From: a virus
Length of the DNA stretch: 5,213 nucleotides
IMG/VR virus record: IMGVR_UViG_3300038585_000084
Reading direction: 5' to 3' (one strand)
In this document: one piece after another, positions 1-4,334 of the stretch
Position numbering within the stretch: position 1 is the stretch's first letter
Layout: each line of letters opens with the position of its first letter
Made by a program: the position numbers and the translations under genes
Notes under the pieces: model-generated
Told to the model about the DNA's origin: nothing
Databases searched by the model: none
What the model saw: the letters and a program-made list of their open reading frames with translations, nothing else

Positions 1-111
1 AATGTGTTTCATTTGATTTCCGTAATTTGTGTAATCCCACATATCCTTTTGTAAGTTGTGTCCTTGTTCATTTAGTTGTTGTTGATTTTGATATTGTATA
101 TCCATGAGTTC
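1..111. repeat. Left copy of the terminal direct repeat (circular-genome overlap)
   Basis: Base-for-base identical to 5103-5213 when compared by eye across all 111 nt. Confidence 0.97.
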
Positions 112-219
112 TTTTTCTCTCTCATGTCCTTTTTTTCCTTGGTGTCCTTGCATTCCTACTTGTACTCCTGTTCCGCCTAGTCCTATTAAGGCGGCTCCTA
201 CTGCTGGTGGTATTGGCAT
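1..219 (-). CDS. VP2: N-terminal part of VP2 (DNA pilot/minor capsid protein), continuing across the circular junction into 4335-5102
   Basis: I translated the - strand upstream of the track's ATG (103-105, equivalent to 5205-5207). The frame stays open to an ATG at 217-219, with an in-frame TAA at 232-234 just upstream. The added residues are MPIPPAVGAALIGLGGTGVQVGMQGHQGKKGHEREKEL, followed by MDIQYQ... A Gly/Ala/Leu-rich hydrophobic N-terminus is typical of microvirus pilot proteins. An alternative internal ATG lies at 151-153. Confidence 0.75.
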   Translation of the reverse strand, partial: MPIPPAVGAALIGLGGTGVQVGMQGHQGKKGHEREKELMDIQYQNQQQLNEQGHNLQKDMWDYTNYGNQMKHI

Positions 220-292
220 ATTTTCTATTTTTTATTTGTTATTATTATTTTTCGTGCTTTTTTTAAAAGCTTTTATACTCTCTTGATATATA
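220..292 (-). promoter_or_regulatory. AT-rich leader upstream of VP2; possible promoter/operator region
   Basis: The - strand reads ...TATATATCAAGAGAGTATAAAAGCTTTTAAAAAAAGCACG... It contains TATAAA/TATATA -10-like hexamers and a 6-bp palindrome, GCTTTT-AAA-AAAAGC (256-270). No convincing -35 element was found. Confidence 0.25.
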
Positions 293-348
293 AGAAGGGT
301 TGCGTACCCCTCTGTTAAATAAAGGGGGGATTTCTCCCCCTTCTTCAT
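232..348 (-). CDS. Candidate 38-aa basic mini-ORF (MKKGEKSPLYLTEGYATLLIYQESIKAFKKSTKNNNNK); the alternative reading is a non-coding intergenic region
   Basis: The ATG at 346-348 directly abuts the TAA of the 115-aa ORF (349-351), the same TAAATG junction seen between VP2 and VP4. The frame is open for 38 codons on an A-rich strand and stops at 232-234. Against it, the ORF is short and contains two stable hairpins and a terminator-like element. Confidence 0.3.
   Translation of the reverse strand: MKKGEKSPLYLTEGYATLLIYQESIKAFKKSTKNNNNK
293..313 (-). promoter_or_regulatory. Stem-loop (8-bp stem, 5-nt loop) in the 115-aa ORF/VP2 spacer
   Basis: - strand AGAGGGGT-ACGCA-ACCCTTCT forms 7 Watson-Crick pairs plus one G.T. 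On the + strand that position is an A.C mismatch, so the fold is better on the viral-sense strand. Confidence 0.45.
314..342 (-). terminator. Rho-independent-terminator-like hairpin downstream of the 115-aa ORF
   Basis: - strand AAGGGGG-AGAAATC-CCCCCTT (322-342) is followed by TATTTAAC, so the run after the C-tract reads TTTATTT. It begins 6 nt after the TAA at 349-351. Confidence 0.5.
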
Positions 349-696
349 TTATTTTGCCTCGGTTCCTGCCCTTGACTCAGCTCCGCTGTCCTCTTTGTTT
401 AGCTTTACAATTTTGCCCTTTTCTTCTTTTGTTGTTGCTTTATTGTCTCGCTTTGCTTGGATATTTGCTTGCACTTTGTCCATTGCCTCCGCAGCTATTT
501 CCCACCTATCTGTCCGTATATTATACGCACTTACTATTCCGTCTTTTCTTTCCGTATAGATTGCAGGTGCTCCGTCTTTAATCGGCTCATTATTTGTAAC
601 TATTCTTTCGATTTTCCACTCTAGTGGTTCACCTTCCATTTTCTCAACGCTTTTTAACGTTGTTACTGTTGGTTTTTCATATTTATATGCTTTCAT
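349..696 (-). CDS. 115-aa hypothetical protein immediately downstream of VP1; possible scaffolding-type (VP3-analogue) protein
   Basis: The ORF is on the coding strand and its ATG lies 3 nt after the VP1 TAA (TAA-AAA-ATG). The composition looks non-repetitive and protein-like. It has a central IYTERKDGIVSAYNIRTDRWEIAAEAMD segment and a charged, probably disordered tail. The functional call is a guess from size, charge and position only. Confidence 0.7.
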   Translation of the reverse strand: MKAYKYEKPTVTTLKSVEKMEGEPLEWKIERIVTNNEPIKDGAPAIYTERKDGIVSAYNIRTDRWEIAAEAMDKVQANIQAKRDNKATTKEEKGKIVKLNKEDSGAESRAGTEAK

Positions 697-699
697 TTT

Positions 700-2712
700 T
701 TATAAATTTGGTATTACTTTTGCCGACATTTTTCGTCTTGCTTTTATTCCTACTGCTATTTGTGACCAAAAATTTTGACTGCTTAAGTCTCTTTGTGCGA
801 ATATTTGGTTATACTTACTTGGATCAACGTACGTTGTCAAGTCTTTTATACCTGTTGCATCATGTTCAAACCTTCTGTTTAATGTCATAAACATACTATT
901 ATCTATTTCTGCAAAGTGTCCTCTACATTGATTAACATTTGTCATATAATTTACCCATGCTGGTTGTTTACCTGCACTATTATACCCTACTGTTCCCGTA
1001 TTTGTCACCTCTGTATCAAACCATGCCATTTGATCTGTTATTAAATCTTGGAAGCCTATTTCATCCAGTGCTGGTTTGTGCAAGTCATTCATACTTTTTA
1101 GATTCATATCCCACTTATTCCCTTGACTGTAGTCAATTCTTGGTGTTATTGAAATTATCCCTATTATATAACTTGGTTCATCTACTTTGATTTTCATTTT
1201 ACCACCTTTGTGTTTCCCTGTCATTCTTCCTTTTCCTGCTAGTGTTCCTAGTGGTTGCTCTGCCGTTGCATTTTCTACACTACTAACCACCTCCTCGAAA
1301 GTTAACTCTTTTATTAAACTTCCTTGATATATTGGGTTTTCATGTCCTTTTGCTCGTTCATGTGTATATACTGCATCAAGCCACGAGTCATAATCTCCAC
1401 CGCTTAAACTTATCCTGTTTAACATATTATACACTTTGTTAGCTAGATTTAAACTATCTATTGTAAAGTTTCCTCCGCTTGTATCTACTGCGGTTACTTC
1501 CGCCACTCCGTTTGTTCCATCTATCCATTCAGTATTTATCCAATTATTGAATAAATCACTCTGGTATGTTTTGATTCCTAATCCTTCCTGACTACTTAAT
1601 TTAAAGTAATATGCGTCATCTTCTCCATTGTCTCCTAATACATAACTATATGGTGTTACGCTTTGATCTGTTATTTTTACTGCGGTTGTATCTCTAACAC
1701 TTTCTAGCAGTGTCATTCTCATATCGTCTATGTTTTCTAATGGAAATTCTTGTAGTACTGGTTCTCCGCTTCCTATAGGTAATGTATTTCCTATTTGTGC
1801 TCCCATATATTCCCATTGTACGCCACCACCTACTGCTCCGTGGTACCCATTAAAGTCTATTCTATAACCGTCTACTGTTTGTGTTACTGCTCCATACCAC
1901 CATATTTGACTTGCTTGATATACTGTTCCTCCTATTGTTACGTATATATCATCTAAGTTTGGTTCTCCGTAAGGTGTTCCTGCTACTGCAAACGATACAT
2001 CCAATATAAAGTGCACATCATCACTTAAGCTTGTACTTATTGTATTCGGTGTCCCGTTTATATCGTAATCTGTTACTGTTGCTCCTTTTGTTACTCTTAT
2101 TTTTGCTACGTCTACGTCCCACGCATTCGAGTCCCCATTATTATGTACTACTACTCCGTTTGGTTGTTGTTTATTTGCATAATAATTTTTATATATATCC
2201 CAATACCCTAGTAATGGTATTGCATTAAAGTCCCTTTCAACTATTTCTTGTCCTTGACTTCCGTATTTTCCTAGTCCTCTTATATTTAAGTAACTTAATA
2301 TACAACTTGAGTTTATTTGTTGGTTGTCTCCTAGTTTGTCGTCTTTATCATATTTTGCTTTAAGTTCTATTTGTGGAAGTAGTACTTCGCTCATATCCAT
2401 ACCTATATTTAACATATTCATGTGTAGTTTTCCTTGATATAATCTTATAGGGCACTGAAATACATCTAATTGTATTTTATACCCTCCATATAATGGACCT
2501 ACTGTTGGCAATGTTTTTATATTTGTTTGCAAATCTATGTCAAAGCTATCTCCTGGAAGTCCTAGTTCTGACATGAACGGTACTAGTGTTCCGCTTGCCA
2601 TACTTGATCTCCATATATAACTAAGGTCATGTGTTGACCTTTCATAATTTCGCATCGCTATTTCCTGTTTATTTCCCGCTCCTAAGCGGTCTCCTCCTAG
2701 TGTTGTTTTCAT
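700..2712 (-). CDS. VP1: Major capsid protein VP1 (phiX174 F-protein family)
   Basis: The 670-aa ORF carries hallmark F/VP1 motifs: THDLSY (phiX F has HDLSH), LPGDSFDIDL (phiX AGDSFEMD), GYWDIYKNYYAN (phiX GYLNIYNNYF), and TIDSLNLANKVYNMLNRISLSGGDYDSWLDAVY, which resembles the gokushovirus ..DLR.A..LQ.W.E....G.RY.E.. block. The C-terminal region GTLAGKG...DEPSYIIGIISITPRIDYSQG is also typical. Confidence 0.93.
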   Translation of the reverse strand: MKTTLGGDRLGAGNKQEIAMRNYERSTHDLSYIWRSSMASGTLVPFMSELGLPGDSFDIDLQTNIKTLPTVGPLYGGYKIQLDVFQCPIRLYQGKLHMNMLNIGMDMSEVLLPQIELKAKYDKDDKLGDNQQINSSCILSYLNIRGLGKYGSQGQEIVERDFNAIPLLGYWDIYKNYYANKQQPNGVVVHNNGDSNAWDVDVAKIRVTKGATVTDYDINGTPNTISTSLSDDVHFILDVSFAVAGTPYGEPNLDDIYVTIGGTVYQASQIWWYGAVTQTVDGYRIDFNGYHGAVGGGVQWEYMGAQIGNTLPIGSGEPVLQEFPLENIDDMRMTLLESVRDTTAVKITDQSVTPYSYVLGDNGEDDAYYFKLSSQEGLGIKTYQSDLFNNWINTEWIDGTNGVAEVTAVDTSGGNFTIDSLNLANKVYNMLNRISLSGGDYDSWLDAVYTHERAKGHENPIYQGSLIKELTFEEVVSSVENATAEQPLGTLAGKGRMTGKHKGGKMKIKVDEPSYIIGIISITPRIDYSQGNKWDMNLKSMNDLHKPALDEIGFQDLITDQMAWFDTEVTNTGTVGYNSAGKQPAWVNYMTNVNQCRGHFAEIDNSMFMTLNRRFEHDATGIKDLTTYVDPSKYNQIFAQRDLSSQNFWSQIAVGIKARRKMSAKVIPNL

Positions 2713-2714
2713 GT

Positions 2715-2999
2715 TTATTTATTTATTTTGGTTTGTACTTCATTTAATATCATTATAACTTGTACTATCCTATTCCAAGTTATTTTTTCTAGTTCTTCCT
2801 TTACTTTTGTAACTGTTTTATATTTTTCTGTTATTCTATATTCTCCCATTACTCCGAAACTTTCTTTGTCTATTGTTATTATCTCAAATGGGCTATCCTT
2901 TATATTTTTCCTTTTAATCATTTCTTCACCTTTCAAAGATTCCGAGTTGATTTCGTTTACATTCGTAGATTGTATTTTTTGTTTTTGTATATTTTTCAT
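2715..2999 (-). CDS. 94-aa hypothetical protein directly upstream of VP1 (alternative start at 2921 gives 68 aa)
   Basis: The coding-strand ORF ends 2 nt before the VP1 ATG. The internal Met27 (ATG at 2919-2921) lies 4 nt after the stop of the 64-aa ORF and is preceded by AAAGGTGAAGAA (SD-like GGTGA). That start would remove the 74-nt overlap. Confidence 0.6.
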   Translation of the reverse strand: MKNIQKQKIQSTNVNEINSESLKGEEMIKRKNIKDSPFEIITIDKESFGVMGEYRITEKYKTVTKVKEELEKITWNRIVQVIMILNEVQTKINK

Positions 3000-3120
3000 A
3001 ACTTACTGTTTTTTTTATTTTTTTGTATTCTTTGTTTTTTATTTTTTTTCTTTCTAAGACTTCTCCCGTGTTTATGTCTACATAAACAACTATTTTTTTC
3101 CACCAATTATTTATTAGCAT
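2926..3120 (-). CDS. 64-aa strongly basic hypothetical protein (candidate DNA-binding/packaging protein)
   Basis: Coding-strand ORF with 14 Lys and 3 Arg against 7 acidic residues. It is preceded by GAGAGGTAAAAA-ATG, the only clear SD-like GAGG in the genome. Its start overlaps the stop of the 57-aa ORF by 14 nt. Confidence 0.55.
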   Translation of the reverse strand: MLINNWWKKIVVYVDINTGEVLERKKIKNKEYKKIKKTVSYEKYTKTKNTIYECKRNQLGIFER

Positions 3121-3280
3121 TTTTTACCTCTCTTTCCAGCCACCCCTCTAGATCATATAGAGCACTTGTTGGGTGTTGTCCTAGTCTTTTATAGTTATAA
3201 TGTAGTTTCATTATCTCTTCATTGAAAAGTCTACTTGCTAGTTTTTGTATTTCTTTTACTACTCTTTGTTTCTCTGTCAT
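3107..3280 (-). CDS. 57-aa hypothetical protein, absent from the supplied ORF track
   Basis: Hand translation gives MTEKQRVVKEIQKLASRLFNEEIMKLHYNYKRLGQHPTSALYDLEGWLEREVKNANK. The ATG is at 3278-3280, the TAA at 3107-3109, and there is an in-frame TAG at 3296-3298 upstream. The composition looks helical and non-repetitive, and the ORF fills an otherwise empty gap on the coding strand. Confidence 0.5.
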   Translation of the reverse strand: MTEKQRVVKEIQKLASRLFNEEIMKLHYNYKRLGQHPTSALYDLEGWLEREVKNANK

Positions 3281-3354
3281 CTTGTTTTTTGCGTACTAAG
3301 TTAGCATTTTTTTTTAGTTTTGGAAATAATTTATTTTTTAAATTGTGTGTGATT

Positions 3355-3378
3355 GTGGTCGTTGCTTTACGCGACCAC
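3355..3378 (-). promoter_or_regulatory. GC-rich stem-loop overlapping the VP4 stop codon
   Basis: GTGGTCG (3355-3361) pairs with CGACCAC (3372-3378), giving a 7-bp stem and a 10-nt loop. The last stem base is the G of the VP4 TAG. No U-tract follows immediately on the - strand, so it is not a classical terminator. Confidence 0.4.
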
Positions 3379-4334
3379 TATCTATTGGCCTTTTTTATTC
3401 TTTCCATTCTTTTTAAGTTTCTCCTATTTCTTTCATATACTTTCTGCTCCCAATTTATACTATCGTCTCCATACCCTAGCCTTTTATTTAGCTTTCTTTT
3501 CTCATTTAATACTTTATAATACTCTTCTTCATTCTCTTCTATATTTATTTTTATCCCCATTACCCATCTTTCATTTTTATTAAGTTTTTCCACCCATAGC
3601 TTTTCCTTCTCTTCTTCACTGTATATTTTATTTCGATAGTATATTGGTAATTTTAATTTCATTCCGTTTTTTGTTGTATATGTTTCATTTGTTTCTTCTT
3701 CTATATACTTATTTCTTAACGCATCTTTTCTTTTTATATATCCCTTTCCGATTCCTTTGCTACTATATATTTTTGATTTATATTCTTTATGTTTATCGTC
3801 TATTTTTGTTACGTATTTTATTATATAATTTATTGTTTTTGCGTTTACATATTCTCCTACCCACATTTTCCCATATTTCCATACCTCCTCCACTTCATTT
3901 ATTTTATCTGTCCATACTATCCCATGTATATGTAGTCTTTCTGTTCTTGTTCCTCCTAGTTCTGTTACTAACCAGTGTCTTATTGTTTTCTTATTATGTT
4001 TCCTCCATCTTTCCGTAAACCTTCTTACGCTTAGTGTTGCTATTGCATTATCTCTGTTATATCCTGTTAGTTCCTTGTCGATCTCTTCGTCTAGTTTGTT
4101 TAATTCTTCCTCACTGTATGTCAACGTAACAAATTTCCCATTTTTACGTTCTCTAATTTCTTCGTGCAGTCGCACCTGCCATTCACGACTTTTCATTTTT
4201 CGGCACTCTATACATTTTCCGCACCCGACCGGCACCCACAGTTTCCTTTCATCATCACAGGGGGGTACTTCCCCCCCGTTTTTTTTATTTGCTATATACC
4301 TTCTATTTTTTATTAAGTTTGGATATAAACACAT
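3378..4334 (-). CDS. VP4: Replication initiation protein VP4 (HUH rolling-circle endonuclease, phiX174 A-protein family)
   Basis: The 318-aa ORF has RCR motif I FVTLTY (4116-4133), motif II LHIHGIVW with H-I-H (3924-3932) and motif III YIIKYVTK (3804-3827). Motif III has two Tyr spaced as in phiX A (YVAKYVNK). There is also an N-terminal CGKCIECR cysteine cluster typical of microvirus VP4. Confidence 0.93.
   Translation of the reverse strand: MCLYPNLIKNRRYIANKKNGGEVPPCDDERKLWVPVGCGKCIECRKMKSREWQVRLHEEIRERKNGKFVTLTYSEEELNKLDEEIDKELTGYNRDNAIATLSVRRFTERWRKHNKKTIRHWLVTELGGTRTERLHIHGIVWTDKINEVEEVWKYGKMWVGEYVNAKTINYIIKYVTKIDDKHKEYKSKIYSSKGIGKGYIKRKDALRNKYIEEETNETYTTKNGMKLKLPIYYRNKIYSEEEKEKLWVEKLNKNERWVMGIKINIEENEEEYYKVLNEKRKLNKRLGYGDDSINWEQKVYERNRRNLKRMERIKKANR
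4260..4290. promoter_or_regulatory. G6/C6 hairpin plus homopolymer tract embedded in the 5' end of the VP4 coding sequence
   Basis: + strand GGGGGG-TACTT-CCCCCC(C) is followed by GTTTTTTTTATTT. On the - strand this is AAAAAAAAC-GGGGGGG-AAGTA-CCCCCC, encoding KKN-GG-EV-PP. Confidence 0.55.

Noticed and set aside
1-111. Terminal direct repeat read as an LTR, attachment-site duplication or transposon end.
   Set aside because: The repeat is perfectly identical, lies exactly at both window ends and falls inside a continuous reading frame (VP2). That is the signature of a circular contig reported with overlap, not of a mobile-element boundary.
2926-2928. Alternative genetic code (TGA read as Trp, as in Spiroplasma/Mycoplasma phages), given the low GC content.
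   Set aside because: TGA is used only once as a stop (the 64-aa ORF), and read-through would add just 3 codons before a TAA. Trp residues I checked are TGG, and all large ORFs are intact under the standard code. Nothing requires recoding.
2926-3056. Programmed frameshift or transcriptional slippage fusing the 64-aa and 94-aa ORFs, prompted by the A8/A7/A6/A8 runs (3009-3049) and the 74-nt overlap.
   Set aside because: The 94-aa frame has a TAA at 3003-3005, so slipping in the long A-runs upstream hits a stop at once. A fusion would need a +1 shift within 2926-3002, where I see no convincing slippery site or stimulatory structure. Simple overlap, or the Met27 start, explains the arrangement. 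The A-runs just encode Lys-rich sequence, though they are prone to sequencing error.
3343-3351. The (TG)4 dinucleotide run and the (TTTA)3-4 run at 2713-2729 as microsatellites.
   Set aside because: They are too short to be meaningful repeats. The TTTA block is better explained as stop codons in all frames ahead of VP1.
4260-4290. The hairpin plus T8 read as a genuine terminator for a + strand gene.
   Set aside because: There is no credible + strand gene upstream for it to terminate. It is kept as a finding only as a structural or origin element, or a possible antisense-transcription stop.
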